The notes beneath the pieces were generated by a model that ran no database searches, had not been told where the DNA came from, and saw only the letters and a list, made by a program, of their open reading frames with translations. The position numbers and the translations under genes are program-made. Below are positions 1 through 10,838 of a stretch of 13,322 bases of DNA, piece after piece. This DNA comes from Nitrospirota bacterium. GTDB taxonomy: Bacteria > Nitrospirota > Thermodesulfovibrionia > Thermodesulfovibrionales > Dissulfurispiraceae. How positions within the stretch are numbered: the stretch's first letter is position 1; every line of letters starts with the position of its first letter. The stretch spans positions 1-13,322 of the forward strand of contig JBFMCP010000057.1 in NCBI GenBank assembly GCA_040754455.1, read 5' to 3'.

Positions 1-1
1 T

Positions 2-94
2 TACAATCATGAGCGGCCCCACAGCTCCTTGGGCGATCTGACGCCATCTGAATTTATCAGGCTTGAAGAGGAAAAAACGGTTGCGGTACTCTAG
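2..94 (+). mobile_element. C-terminal fragment of IS3-family (IS407-like) transposase OrfB, 5' truncated by window edge
   Basis: Frame 2 reads YNHERPHSSLGDLTPSEFIRLEEEKTVAVL* (TAG 92-94). YNxxRPHSSLGxLTPxEF is the characteristic C-terminal motif of IS3-family integrase cores. Too short for the ORF track. Confidence 0.9.
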
Positions 95-100
95 TTACGA

Positions 101-126
101 TTGGCACAAAGGATGGGGGTAGGTCC
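101..126 (+). repeat. Probable right terminal inverted repeat of the IS3-family element
   Basis: TTGGCACAAAGGATGGGGGTAGGTCC just after the transposase stop resembles IS407-group right ends (...GGGGGCAGGTCA). Composition turns AT-rich shortly after. The left IR is outside the window, so it cannot be paired. Confidence 0.65.
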
Positions 127-160
127 GAGGCACGAAAGAAGCTAAAAAATGGTTAGATTA

Positions 161-190
161 TTACAAAATTATGACAGTCTATGTTATAAT
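161..190 (+). promoter_or_regulatory. sigma70-type promoter for tRNA-Gly (extended -10)
   Basis: TGnTATAAT (TG 182-183, TATAAT 185-190) lies 20 nt upstream of the mature tRNA; weak -35-like TTACAA at 161-166. Confidence 0.7.
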
Positions 191-210
191 GCTACATAAG
201 TCATTGATTT

Positions 211-285
<75 letters not shown>

Positions 286-345
286 CATCTCTCATCATCT
301 CACTTTTCCCACTCCCTGCAACAGTATAAAAATGCTGGCCTTCTC

Positions 346-354
346 TGGTAAGAT
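346..354 (+). promoter_or_regulatory. Possible extended -10 promoter for the galE operon
   Basis: TG-G-TAAGAT 28 nt upstream of the galE ATG; no clear -35. Confidence 0.3.
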
Positions 355-379
355 ATTTATCAAACATTCTACTGAGTGA

Positions 380-1363
<984 letters not shown>

Positions 1364-1366
1364 GCA

Positions 1367-2779
1367 GTGATAAAGGAAGGCATATTCAGAGAGTATGATA
1401 TCAGAGGGATCGTCGGCAAGGAGATTACCGCGGAAACCGCTGTTGTTCTCGGCAGGGCCTTCGGTGCTTTCGTTAAAAAGAGAAATCCGCTTGCAACGCG
1501 TGTAAGCATAGGGAGGGACGTGCGGCTCGGTTCCGAATCGCTTGCGCGGGGGCTCGCAGAGGGGATAACAGCAACAGGCCTTGATGTTATCGATCTCGGC
1601 ACCTGCCCTACGCCGCTGCAGTATTTCTCTCTCTTCCATCTGGACCTCGACGGCGGCATCATGGTGACCGGCAGCCACAATCCACCTGAATACAACGGCT
1701 TCAAAATAAGCATCGGGAAAGAGACGATTTACGGGCAGGATATACAGCAGCTGAAGCGTATCATACAGAATCAGGAGTGGTGTCTTTCGGAACAAAGCGG
1801 TTCCATTGAACAATATGACATTATACAAGACTATCGTGAGTATATGCTGAACGAGTTCTCTTATCTCGGCAGCCCGGCGTCCATGAAATTGAAAGTGGTC
1901 ATTGATGCAGGCAACGGCACCGCCGGCCTCGTGCTCCCTGAAATTCTTGAGCAGCTCGGATGCGAGGTGATTCCGATCTATTGCGAGCCTGACGGGACAT
2001 TTCCCCATCACCACCCCGATCCGACTGTCGTTGAAAACATTCAAGACCTTATTGCTACAACGCACACGCAGCATGCCGATATCGGCATAGGGTACGACGG
2101 TGATGCCGACCGGATTGGTGTCGTCGACCGTAACGGCACTATCATATGGGGTGATCAGCTGATGATCGTGCTGAGTCGTGAACTGCTCAAACGTACGCCC
2201 GGCGCAAAGATCATCGGCGATGTGAAGTGCTCGCAGGTACTCTTCGATGATATACGAAAGCACAAAGGCGTTCCCATCATGTGGAAGACCGGCCATTCTC
2301 TGGTGAAGAGCAAGATGCGGGAGGAGGGTGCGTTAATCGCCGGAGAGTTCAGTGGTCATATTTTTATCGGGGACCGGTATTTCGGGTTTGATGATGCACT
2401 CTACACGACCTTGCGGCTTGTCGAGATCATGAAGACAAGCGGGCAGGATATACAGTCCTTGCTGTCGGATGTGCCGAGGATGTACGGTACTCCCGAGATA
2501 CGCATTGACTGCACTGAGGAGCGGAAAAAAGAGATCGTCGAAAAAGTCGCAGCGCGGTTTATTGAATACCAAAAAAACGATGCAAGTCCCTACAGCATCA
2601 CGGGGGTTGTCACAATCGACGGCATACGAGTGATGTTCGACAAGGGGTGGGGACTGGTGAGGTCGAGCAATACCCAGCCCGTTGTGGTCATGAGAATAGA
2701 AGCTGAAGACCGGGAACACCTCGAAGGGTACCGTGCGCTTTTGGAAAGAGAGTTCAAAGCTCTGCTGGAGGATCGATGA
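1367..2779 (+). CDS. Phosphomannomutase/phosphoglucomutase (AlgC/ManB-like)
   Basis: IFREYDIRG N-terminus, TGSHNP phosphoserine loop, DGDADR metal loop, GEFSGH sugar loop, GWGLVRSSNTQP. GTG start 3 nt after the galE stop. Confidence 0.95.
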   Translation: MIKEGIFREYDIRGIVGKEITAETAVVLGRAFGAFVKKRNPLATRVSIGRDVRLGSESLARGLAEGITATGLDVIDLGTCPTPLQYFSLFHLDLDGGIMVTGSHNPPEYNGFKISIGKETIYGQDIQQLKRIIQNQEWCLSEQSGSIEQYDIIQDYREYMLNEFSYLGSPASMKLKVVIDAGNGTAGLVLPEILEQLGCEVIPIYCEPDGTFPHHHPDPTVVENIQDLIATTHTQHADIGIGYDGDADRIGVVDRNGTIIWGDQLMIVLSRELLKRTPGAKIIGDVKCSQVLFDDIRKHKGVPIMWKTGHSLVKSKMREEGALIAGEFSGHIFIGDRYFGFDDALYTTLRLVEIMKTSGQDIQSLLSDVPRMYGTPEIRIDCTEERKKEIVEKVAARFIEYQKNDASPYSITGVVTIDGIRVMFDKGWGLVRSSNTQPVVVMRIEAEDREHLEGYRALLEREFKALLEDR

Positions 2780-4197
2780 AGGTATTCATTCTCGCGGGAG
2801 GGAGCGGGACACGACTCTGGCCGTTGTCGCGGAAGCGTTATCCCAAGCAGTTTCTGAGACTCAACGGTGATGCGTCGCTTCTGCAGCAGACCGTCAGGAG
2901 GGTGTCTGGTGCAGTGCGGCCGGAGGATATTGTCGTTATTACGAATAGTGACTATAAATTCCATGTCGCCTCCGACATGGGAACACTCTTTCCCGCACAC
3001 CCCGGGCACAATGTCCACATCCTGCTCGAACCTGCGGGCAGAAATACCGCACCGGCGATAGCATTTGGCATAAGGTTCTGCAAGGAAAGGCTCGGCAGCA
3101 AGGACGGTGAGGTGATCTTTATCTCCCCTTCCGATCATATCATAAAGCCTGCGGAACGCTTCCCTGAATACATGAAACGGGCAGAGGAGGTCGCACAAGA
3201 AGGATATATTGTAACCTTCGGCGTCAAGCCCTACCGCCCCGAAACGGGATACGGGTATATAAAGGCAGGTAAGGGCAGAGGCAAAGGTACAGGTACAGAA
3301 GTCTATAGCGTAGAGGAGTTCACTGAAAAGCCGGAACTCGAGACCGCACAACGATATATCAACGAGGGGGGCTATTTCTGGAATTCGGGTATGTTCGCCT
3401 TCCGTATCGATACCATGCTCGAAGAGCTGGGTGCCTATGCCCCGCAGATCAGAGAAATGTGCAACAAGCCCTTTGACGAGATGGCAGCATCTTTTACGCA
3501 GATGCCCGATATATCCATTGATTATGCCGTTGCTGAGAAATCGAAGCGGGTCGTGACCCTGCCGCTCGACTGCTACTGGAACGATATCGGCTCATGGGAT
3601 GCGCTCTACGAGGTGCTTCCAAAAGATCCCGATGGCAACATCGCTCTCGGCAATATTCTTACCGTTGACACCAAAGACAGCCTGATCATCGGCAACAAGC
3701 GACTCATCTCGACAATCGGCCTCGAGGGCCATCTTATCATCGAGACGGATGATGCCATCCTGATCGCAAAGAAAGGCGAAGCGCAAAAGGTCAAGGATGT
3801 GGTGAAGGTGTTGCAAGAGACCGACAGAAAGGAAGCTGAGGAGCATGTGACCACCTATCGTCCCTGGGGGAGCTATACGATTCTGGAAGAGGGGCCGCGG
3901 TATAAAATAAAAAGGATCGTCGTAAACCCCGGAGCAAAGTTGAGTCTCCAGATGCACTACCACCGCTCTGAGCACTGGGTGGTGGTAACGGGCGCAGCGA
4001 AGGTCACCATCGGTGATAAGGAAATATTCGTCCATGAAAACGAGTCCGCCTATGTGCCCAAATCAACGCTCCACCGGCTCGAGAACCCCGGCAGAGTCCC
4101 GCTCGAAATCATCGAGGTGCAGAACGGCGAGTACGTCGGTGAGGACGATATACAGCGTATAGAAGATGTGTATGACCGAAAAAGCGACGGAGCGTAA
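2776..4197 (+). CDS. manC: Bifunctional mannose-1-phosphate guanylyltransferase / mannose-6-phosphate isomerase
   Basis: [59 protein letters not shown]-terminal cupin RPWGSY...[12 protein letters not shown]...[17 protein letters not shown] overlap with the upstream gene. Confidence 0.96.
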   Translation: MKVFILAGGSGTRLWPLSRKRYPKQFLRLNGDASLLQQTVRRVSGAVRPEDIVVITNSDYKFHVASDMGTLFPAHPGHNVHILLEPAGRNTAPAIAFGIRFCKERLGSKDGEVIFISPSDHIIKPAERFPEYMKRAEEVAQEGYIVTFGVKPYRPETGYGYIKAGKGRGKGTGTEVYSVEEFTEKPELETAQRYINEGGYFWNSGMFAFRIDTMLEELGAYAPQIREMCNKPFDEMAASFTQMPDISIDYAVAEKSKRVVTLPLDCYWNDIGSWDALYEVLPKDPDGNIALGNILTVDTKDSLIIGNKRLISTIGLEGHLIIETDDAILIAKKGEAQKVKDVVKVLQETDRKEAEEHVTTYRPWGSYTILEEGPRYKIKRIVVNPGAKLSLQMHYHRSEHWVVVTGAAKVTIGDKEIFVHENESAYVPKSTLHRLENPGRVPLEIIEVQNGEYVGEDDIQRIEDVYDRKSDGA

Positions 4198-4199
4198 GT

Positions 4200-5327
4200 A
4201 TGAGAAAAAACAGTGACAAAAGGGTCAGCCGACGTTCAAAGGCGAAGACCGCCCTTATCACCGGCATTACCGGACAGGACGGCGCCTATCTCGCGGAATT
4301 TCTGCTCGACAAGGGGTATACGGTCCACGGCATCAAGAGGCGGGCATCGCTCTTCAATACCGACAGAATAGACCATCTGTACCACGATCCTCACGAGAAG
4401 GGACTGAATTTCACCCTCCACTACGGCGACCTGACCGACGCGACCAACCTGATCCGTATTATCCAGGAGGTCCAGCCGGATGAGATTTATAATCTCGCCG
4501 CCCAGTCGCATGTCCAGGTGTCCTTCGAGACGCCTGAATACACCGCCAATGCTGATGCGCTCGGCACGCTGCGGCTGCTGGAGGCAATACGGATTCTCAA
4601 CCTCGAGAACACAACGCGATTCTATCAAGCATCTACCTCGGAACTCTACGGCAAGGTGCAGGAGACGCCACAGAGTGAAACAACACCGTTTTATCCCCGC
4701 AGTCCCTACGCAGCGGCAAAGTTGTACTCCTATTGGATTACAATAAATTACCGCGAGGCTTATAACTTTTTTGCCTGCAACGGCATTCTCTTTAACCACG
4801 AATCTCCCATGAGGGGGGAAACCTTCGTCACCCGAAAAATTACACGCGCAGTAGCGCGCATCGCACTGGGTCTCCAGGAAAAACTCTATTTGGGCAATCT
4901 CAATGCGAAGAGGGACTGGGGGCATGCTGCCGATTACGTGGAGGCCATGTGGCTCATGCTGCAGCAGGATACCCCTGATGACTACGTTATCGCTACCGGC
5001 GAGACCCATTCGGTGCGGGAATTCGTCGAGCTCGCCTTCAGTAAGGTCGGAATCAAAATAGCATGGAAGGGAAAGGGCGTCAACGAAAAAGGCATTAACA
5101 CTTCAACAGGGAAGATCATCGTCGAGATCGACCCCCGCTATTTCAGGCCGACGGAGGTTGACCTCCTTCGGGGAGATCCTTCCAAGGCAAAGAGGCAGCT
5201 CGGCTGGGAGCCGAAGGTCACGTTCAAGGAACTGGTCGACATGATGGTGGCGTCGGACCTCGAAGAGGCCAGGAGGGATATGTTCTGCAGGCAAGAGGGA
5301 TTCAAGTCGTTCAATTACAATGAATAG
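4200..5327 (+). CDS. gmd: GDP-mannose 4,6-dehydratase
   Basis: [73 protein letters not shown] at 4189-4192. Confidence 0.97.
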   Translation: MRKNSDKRVSRRSKAKTALITGITGQDGAYLAEFLLDKGYTVHGIKRRASLFNTDRIDHLYHDPHEKGLNFTLHYGDLTDATNLIRIIQEVQPDEIYNLAAQSHVQVSFETPEYTANADALGTLRLLEAIRILNLENTTRFYQASTSELYGKVQETPQSETTPFYPRSPYAAAKLYSYWITINYREAYNFFACNGILFNHESPMRGETFVTRKITRAVARIALGLQEKLYLGNLNAKRDWGHAADYVEAMWLMLQQDTPDDYVIATGETHSVREFVELAFSKVGIKIAWKGKGVNEKGINTSTGKIIVEIDPRYFRPTEVDLLRGDPSKAKRQLGWEPKVTFKELVDMMVASDLEEARRDMFCRQEGFKSFNYNE

Positions 5328-6270
5328 GGACTCTAAGGTTTATGTAGCCGGCCATCGCGGACTCGTCGGCGCCGCCATCGTGAGAAAGCTCCGGGAAAAG
5401 CGGTTCACGCATCTCATCACGCGGACGAGCGGCGAGCTTGATCTGAGAAGGCAGGCCCGAGTCGAGCGGTTTTTCGAAGACGAGCGGCCGGAATATGTAT
5501 TCCTGGCTGCTGCCAGGGTCGGCGGCATTCTCGCCAACAGCACCTTTCCCGCCGATTTCATCTACGACAATCTCGCCATCCAGACCAATATCATCCATGC
5601 TGCGTACCGTTGCGGCGTGAAAAAACTGCTCTTTCTTGGCAGCTCCTGTATCTATCCCAAATTCGCCCCCCAGCCGATGAAAGAGGAGTATCTCCTGACC
5701 GGTGAGCTTGAACCCACCAACGAGCCGTACGCCATCGCGAAGATCGCCGGCATAAAATTATGTCAGGCCTTCAACCGACAGTACGGAACGAACTTCATAT
5801 CCGTTATGCCCACCAACCTCTATGGCCCCCACGACAATTTCGATCTCGAAACCGCGCATGTCCTTCCGGCGCTCATAAGAAAATTCCATGAGGCGAAGTG
5901 CCGGGCGGCTCAGGGCAGGAAAGAGCCCGTTGTGCTCTGGGGCACCGGCGCTCCCTATCGAGAGTTCCTCCATGTCGACGATCTCGCCGACGCCTGTGTG
6001 TTCCTTATGGAGCGCTACGACGGAGAAGATATCATCAACATCGGCGTCGGCAAGGACATCACCATCAGAGAGCTCTCTGAACTGGTAAGCAACGTGGTGG
6101 GCTATGGGGGGGAAGTGATCTGGGACTCCTCCAAACCCGACGGGACGCCCCGAAAGCTTCTGGACCTATCGCGACTGCAATCCCTTGGATGGGTGCCCCG
6201 AATAAGCCTGGAGGAAGGGATACGAAGCACCTACGAGTGGTATCTGAAAATGTATGAGAGCACGGCATAA
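5320..6270 (+). CDS. fcl: GDP-L-fucose synthase (GDP-4-keto-6-deoxymannose epimerase/reductase)
   Basis: [68 protein letters not shown]; 8-nt overlap with gmd. Confidence 0.96.
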   Translation: MNRDSKVYVAGHRGLVGAAIVRKLREKRFTHLITRTSGELDLRRQARVERFFEDERPEYVFLAAARVGGILANSTFPADFIYDNLAIQTNIIHAAYRCGVKKLLFLGSSCIYPKFAPQPMKEEYLLTGELEPTNEPYAIAKIAGIKLCQAFNRQYGTNFISVMPTNLYGPHDNFDLETAHVLPALIRKFHEAKCRAAQGRKEPVVLWGTGAPYREFLHVDDLADACVFLMERYDGEDIINIGVGKDITIRELSELVSNVVGYGGEVIWDSSKPDGTPRKLLDLSRLQSLGWVPRISLEEGIRSTYEWYLKMYESTA

Positions 6271-6281
6271 TTTCTGAAAAA

Positions 6282-6312
6282 AGGCTCCATGCCGCCGTGA
6301 AAGCCTGTTTTT
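6282..6312 (+). terminator. Possible intrinsic terminator ending the sugar operon
   Basis: Interrupted hairpin AGGCT-C-CATG-CCGC-CGTG-AA-AGCCT followed by GTTTTT, with an A-tract before it; starts 11 nt after the fcl stop. Stem is imperfect. Confidence 0.4.
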
Positions 6313-6391
6313 CTATGGATAAAATCTCCTGTAATAGGTTACTTTATTAAAGCAGGTATATAGTACCTTTTAGTGCCCGGTTATTTTTTTC

Positions 6392-9346
6392 ATGGCATTG
6401 GACTACGTCGAAGAAAAGCTTACGGTTTCGGAAAGGGCTTCCCGGCTCTCCCAAGGCGCGCCATTCGTTGTCGGAGGCGTTGTCCTTGTCGGGCTCTACC
6501 TGAGCAGTCTTCATCATTTCCTTCTTTTTCATACCATTGCGGAGCTGTTCAGTATTGCGGTCGCTTTCGCCATCCTCATGCTTACCTGGAACTCGCGGCG
6601 GTATTTTGACAACAGCACGCTTCAATTTATCGGCATCGCCTATTTCTTTGTCGGCGTTTTAGATTTGTTGCACACCCTTGCCTATAAGGGCATGAATGTA
6701 TTCCCCCAGTATACGGCGAACCTCCCTACCCAGCTCTGGATCGCGGGCAGGTATGTCCAGAGTATTTCGCTTCTGATCGCACCGCTCTTTATCACCAGAA
6801 AGTTTCGTTACCATATTGTATTCACTGTGTATTCGTTGATTTCGGGTCTTTTGCTCTTTACTATCTTCTCAGGATACTTTCCTGTCTGCTTTATCGAGGG
6901 TTCCGGGTTGACTCCCTTCAAAAAGACCAGCGAATTCATCATATCGGCGATCGTAATAGGTGCAATAGGCCACCTCCTGTACCGGCGCGACTACTTTGCA
7001 GCCAATGTGCTTCGTCTTCTCGTCTGGTCAATGGCGATCACCGTAGGTTCTGAAATCATGTTCACGTTTTACATAAGCGTCTACGGCATCTCGAACCTGG
7101 TCGGCCACTATTTCAAAATCATAGCGTACTATCTCATCTACAAGGCGCTTGTGGTCAACGGTCTGGTGATGCCCTATGATCTGCTTTTCAGGGATCTGAA
7201 GCGGAGCGAGGAAAAACTGAAGCAGTACCGCGATCACCTCGAGGAAAAGGTGCAGGAGCGGACTACCGAGCTGAACGAAATCAATGAGGAGCTTGCCCGT
7301 GAGATCAATGAACGCATCAAGACGGAGCAGGCGCTGCGGGAGAGCAAGCAGTTTGCTAACCAGATTATCGACCTGTCTCCCAATATCCTCCATCTCTTCG
7401 ATCTCGTCGAACAGCGCACGGTCTATATCAATTCCCAGGTGCAGGAGATCCTCGGCTACCGCAGGGAGGATGTACTGCAACAGGGACCGGATTTTTTCAA
7501 AAAGACGCTGCATCCAGACGATATGCACATTTTCGAGAACCTCCGCGAACGGTTTGCCGGGGTCGCGGATAATGAGATCATCGAAACCGAATTCCGCATG
7601 AGAAAGGCGAACGGTGAATGGTGCTGGCTCTACCGCAGGGATGCGGTCTTTACACGGGATGCCTCTGGCGTCCCCAAGATCATCATCGGCAATGCGCAGG
7701 ACATTACGGAGCGGAAAAAAGCCGAGCAGCGTATCACGGCGCATCATGAGTTGCTCAGGCTTTTTACCAAGACCGTTTCACGAAAAGAGTACCTCGATGC
7801 CGTCGTGCAGTTGATCCGCAACTGGAGCGGCTGCCGCTGTGTGGGCATACGGATCGTCAGCGACAACGGCACGATCCCTTATGAATCGTATGTCGGATAC
7901 AGCCGGGAGTTCTGGGAATCGGAGAACCACCTTTCGCTGAAGCATGATCACTGCATATGCACGCGGGTGATGTCCGGAAGATGCGAGCCCCATGATCAAC
8001 GGACCATGACGCCCTTCGGGTCTTTTCAGCACGATAATATCACTGCTTTTGTCGGAGGGCTTGCGGAGCAGGAACGGACTCGCTATCGTGGTGTCTGCCT
8101 TATGCACGGTTTTTCCTCGCTGGCGATCATTCCCATTTACTATGGAGAGAGTATCATCGCAACCATCCATATGGCCGATGAGCGTGAGGGAAGGGTATCG
8201 CGGGAATTCGTTGAGTTTTTCGAAGATGTCACTCCCCTCATCGGCGAGGCGATCCATAAGCTCGACGCTGCTGCGGAGCGCAAACGCCTTGTTGCGGCAA
8301 TCGAGTCGGCTGCCGAGGCCATCGTGATCACTGATACGAAAGGCATGATCGAGTATGTCAATCCGGCATTCGGGCGCATTACCGGTTTCACCAGGGAAGA
8401 GGTGCTCGGCCGGGACCTCCACTTCATCGACAGCGGAAAGCATGGCGAGGAATTCTACAGCGAGATGCGCGCGACGCTCGGGAGCGGCAAGACCTGGAGC
8501 GGCCAACTCGTCAATAAAAAGAAAGATGGCTCTCTGTACCACGAAGAGTGTACCGTCTCCCCCATCAAGGGCCCTTCGGGAGAGACGGTCAACTATGTCT
8601 ATGTCAAGCGTGACGTGACCGAGAGGCTCAGGCTCGAATCCATTGCCGAGGCGGTCACTACCATGAACAATATAGGGTACATCTTTGCAGGGATCAGGCA
8701 CGAGATGGGCAATCCCATCAATTCCGTAAAAATGGCGTTAAGTGTCCTTAAATCCAACCTCGGCAGCTATGCCCGCTCGACCATCAGTGAATACATCGAC
8801 CGCTCGCTCGGTGAGCTGTCGCGGGTCGAGTACCTTCTCAAGAGTCTGAAGAGCTTTAATCTTTTCGAGAGCCCCGAGCTCCAGCTGGTGCAGCTGCGCC
8901 GTTTCATGGAGCAGATCCTTTCGCTGGTGCGTGATGATTTTTCAAAACGGGGAATTACCGTCTCACTCCTCATTGACCCTGAGGTCAAGACCTGTTATGC
9001 CGACCCGCGCGCACTGCAGCAGGTGCTGATCAACGTCCTCACCAATGCCTGCGATGCCTGTGAGGGAAGGGAGTGCCCCGCCATCGACATAACAATATCG
9101 AAAACATCAGGTATAATACTCATACGCGTAGCGGATACGGGATGGGGCATGACGGAACGGCAGCAGGAGGAACTCTTCAAGCCCTTCCGCACGACAAAGA
9201 CTCACGGCACCGGCCTCGGCCTCGTTCTGGCAAAAAGGATGCTGGCGACTATGAGCGGGACAATACGGGTCACGAGCCGCCATGGTGAAGGTACGGTCGT
9301 CGAAATTTCTCTACCGGAGCAGATGAGTGGGAGCGAGCAATCATAA
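6392..9346 (+). CDS. Membrane sensor histidine kinase: MASE3 - coiled coil - PAS - Cys-rich GAF-like - PAS - DHp - HATPase_c
   Basis: Multi-TM N-terminus with MASE3-type motifs (LLFHTIAELFS, DLLHTLAYKGM, TQLWIAGRY). Two PAS/PAC units ending DITERK and DVTER. H-box IRHEMGNP (H770), N-box NVLTNA, G1 DTGWG, F-box LFKPF, G2 GTGLGL. No clear SD at the start. Confidence 0.93.
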   Translation: MALDYVEEKLTVSERASRLSQGAPFVVGGVVLVGLYLSSLHHFLLFHTIAELFSIAVAFAILMLTWNSRRYFDNSTLQFIGIAYFFVGVLDLLHTLAYKGMNVFPQYTANLPTQLWIAGRYVQSISLLIAPLFITRKFRYHIVFTVYSLISGLLLFTIFSGYFPVCFIEGSGLTPFKKTSEFIISAIVIGAIGHLLYRRDYFAANVLRLLVWSMAITVGSEIMFTFYISVYGISNLVGHYFKIIAYYLIYKALVVNGLVMPYDLLFRDLKRSEEKLKQYRDHLEEKVQERTTELNEINEELAREINERIKTEQALRESKQFANQIIDLSPNILHLFDLVEQRTVYINSQVQEILGYRREDVLQQGPDFFKKTLHPDDMHIFENLRERFAGVADNEIIETEFRMRKANGEWCWLYRRDAVFTRDASGVPKIIIGNAQDITERKKAEQRITAHHELLRLFTKTVSRKEYLDAVVQLIRNWSGCRCVGIRIVSDNGTIPYESYVGYSREFWESENHLSLKHDHCICTRVMSGRCEPHDQRTMTPFGSFQHDNITAFVGGLAEQERTRYRGVCLMHGFSSLAIIPIYYGESIIATIHMADEREGRVSREFVEFFEDVTPLIGEAIHKLDAAAERKRLVAAIESAAEAIVITDTKGMIEYVNPAFGRITGFTREEVLGRDLHFIDSGKHGEEFYSEMRATLGSGKTWSGQLVNKKKDGSLYHEECTVSPIKGPSGETVNYVYVKRDVTERLRLESIAEAVTTMNNIGYIFAGIRHEMGNPINSVKMALSVLKSNLGSYARSTISEYIDRSLGELSRVEYLLKSLKSFNLFESPELQLVQLRRFMEQILSLVRDDFSKRGITVSLLIDPEVKTCYADPRALQQVLINVLTNACDACEGRECPAIDITISKTSGIILIRVADTGWGMTERQQEELFKPFRTTKTHGTGLGLVLAKRMLATMSGTIRVTSRHGEGTVVEISLPEQMSGSEQS

Positions 9347-10682
9347 AAAGACGCTGCTTATTATCGATGACGACCGGCTGTTGTGCGATGCGATACGGGA
9401 TCATTTCAGCCGCAACGGGCTGAATGTACTGGTTGCCAACACCGGCGGCGAAGGGCTCGATCTCTGCGGACAGAACAACATCGACCTTGTGCTCCTCGAC
9501 CAGAATCTCCCCGATGCCGAAGGCCACACGCTCTGTCCCGCCATACTCAAGCACAACGACCAGACGAAGATCATCTTCATTACGGCACATCCCAGCTTCG
9601 ACAACGCCGTCAATGCGATCAGGGTCGGCGCGCACAACTACCTCTCCAAGCCGTTTGAGCTCGAAGAATTGTCGCTCGCTATCGAGCAGGCGTTGAAGAC
9701 ACTGGATCTCGAGAAGGTGGTCCAGGTCGAGGATTACAAGACCAGACAGGCGAGCGAAGGCACGGTCATTGTCGGCAGCAGTCCTGAGTTCAGCGAGATC
9801 CTGCGGCTGGTCGACCTCGCCGCTTCCGCAGAAGCGCCGGTGCTCATTACCGGCGAGACCGGTACCGGCAAGAATATGGTGGCCAAGACGATCCATTACC
9901 GGAGCGCGGCACGTAAGGACGCCTTCATCAGCATCAATTGCGCCGCTTTGCCGGAAAACCTCATCGAGGCCGAGCTGTTCGGGTACGAGAAGGGCGCCTT
10001 TACCGGCGCTACGGCTTCAAAGCGCGGCATCTTCGAAATGGCGGAGGGCGGGACGCTCTTTCTGGACGAGATCGGCGAAATGCCCCTGCATCTGCAATCA
10101 AAGCTCCTCAGCGTACTCGAAGACAAGACCATAAAGCGTCTCGGCGGAGATTCCATGCGGCCGGTCAATGTCCGTATCATCGCCGCCACCAGTGCCGATC
10201 TCGAGAACGGGATGGGTAAGACGTTCCGGAGCGACCTCTACTACCGTCTCAGTGTTATCCGCATTCATATCCCGCCGCTCAGACTGCACCGGCAGGATAT
10301 CCCGGAATTGTGCGACTACCTCCTGCGGAAGATCGCCTGCAGCCGCGAGGTCGCACTCGCCGACGGCGAGTTGAAAAAACTTACGGACTACGACTGGCCC
10401 GGCAATATACGCGAGCTGAGAAATATCCTCGAACGGGCGGTTATCCTCCAGAAGGGGACTATCATCAGACCCTCCGAGCTGCTCGTGAAAAACGTCGCGA
10501 GCCGCCCTAGTCACAATGCAGTAAATGCCGGCGGTGAATTGATGACCCTGGCTGAAATGGAAAAGGAGCATATCCAGCGCGCCCTTGATCAGCTCTCCGG
10601 TAATTATACCCGGGCCGCCAAAGTGCTCGGCATCTCGCTCTCGACACTCAAGAGAAAGATCAAGGAATACGGCCTGAAATAG
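9327..10682 (+). CDS. sigma54-dependent response regulator (REC - AAA+ - Fis HTH; NtrC/AtoC/ZraR family)
   Basis: REC (IIDDD, LLDQNLP, FIT, KPF); Walker A GETGTGK; intact GAFTGA; Walker B LFLDEIGE; FRSDLYYRL; WPGNIREL; HTH GNYTRAAKVLGISLSTLKRK. GTG start with GGAG at 9316-9319; overlaps the kinase by 20 nt. Confidence 0.96.
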   Translation: MGASNHKKTLLIIDDDRLLCDAIRDHFSRNGLNVLVANTGGEGLDLCGQNNIDLVLLDQNLPDAEGHTLCPAILKHNDQTKIIFITAHPSFDNAVNAIRVGAHNYLSKPFELEELSLAIEQALKTLDLEKVVQVEDYKTRQASEGTVIVGSSPEFSEILRLVDLAASAEAPVLITGETGTGKNMVAKTIHYRSAARKDAFISINCAALPENLIEAELFGYEKGAFTGATASKRGIFEMAEGGTLFLDEIGEMPLHLQSKLLSVLEDKTIKRLGGDSMRPVNVRIIAATSADLENGMGKTFRSDLYYRLSVIRIHIPPLRLHRQDIPELCDYLLRKIACSREVALADGELKKLTDYDWPGNIRELRNILERAVILQKGTIIRPSELLVKNVASRPSHNAVNAGGELMTLAEMEKEHIQRALDQLSGNYTRAAKVLGISLSTLKRKIKEYGLK

Positions 10683-10780
10683 GTCATTTTAAGTGAGTCA
10701 TAATAATCCGGCTGACGTTCCCGGTTACTCTCCTTATCTCTAACCCTATGAAATGTTTATAATCTGCTGCCGTCATTTTT

Positions 10781-10797
10781 CTGGCATTACTCTTGCT
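10781..10797 (+). promoter_or_regulatory. sigma54 (-24/-12) promoter P1
   Basis: CTGGCATTACTCTTGCT; GG 10783-84 and GC 10795-96 are exactly 10 nt apart; intergenic, 41 nt before the next ATG. Confidence 0.85.
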
Positions 10798-10838
10798 AGT
10801 ATCTATAATGAGCAAATCTATGCCGTTATGAGGAGTCT

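Noticed and set aside
3261..3300. Short degenerate repeats in manC (AGGTAC x2, encoding [12 protein letters not shown])
   Set aside because: In-frame low-complexity loop; too short to support phase variation.
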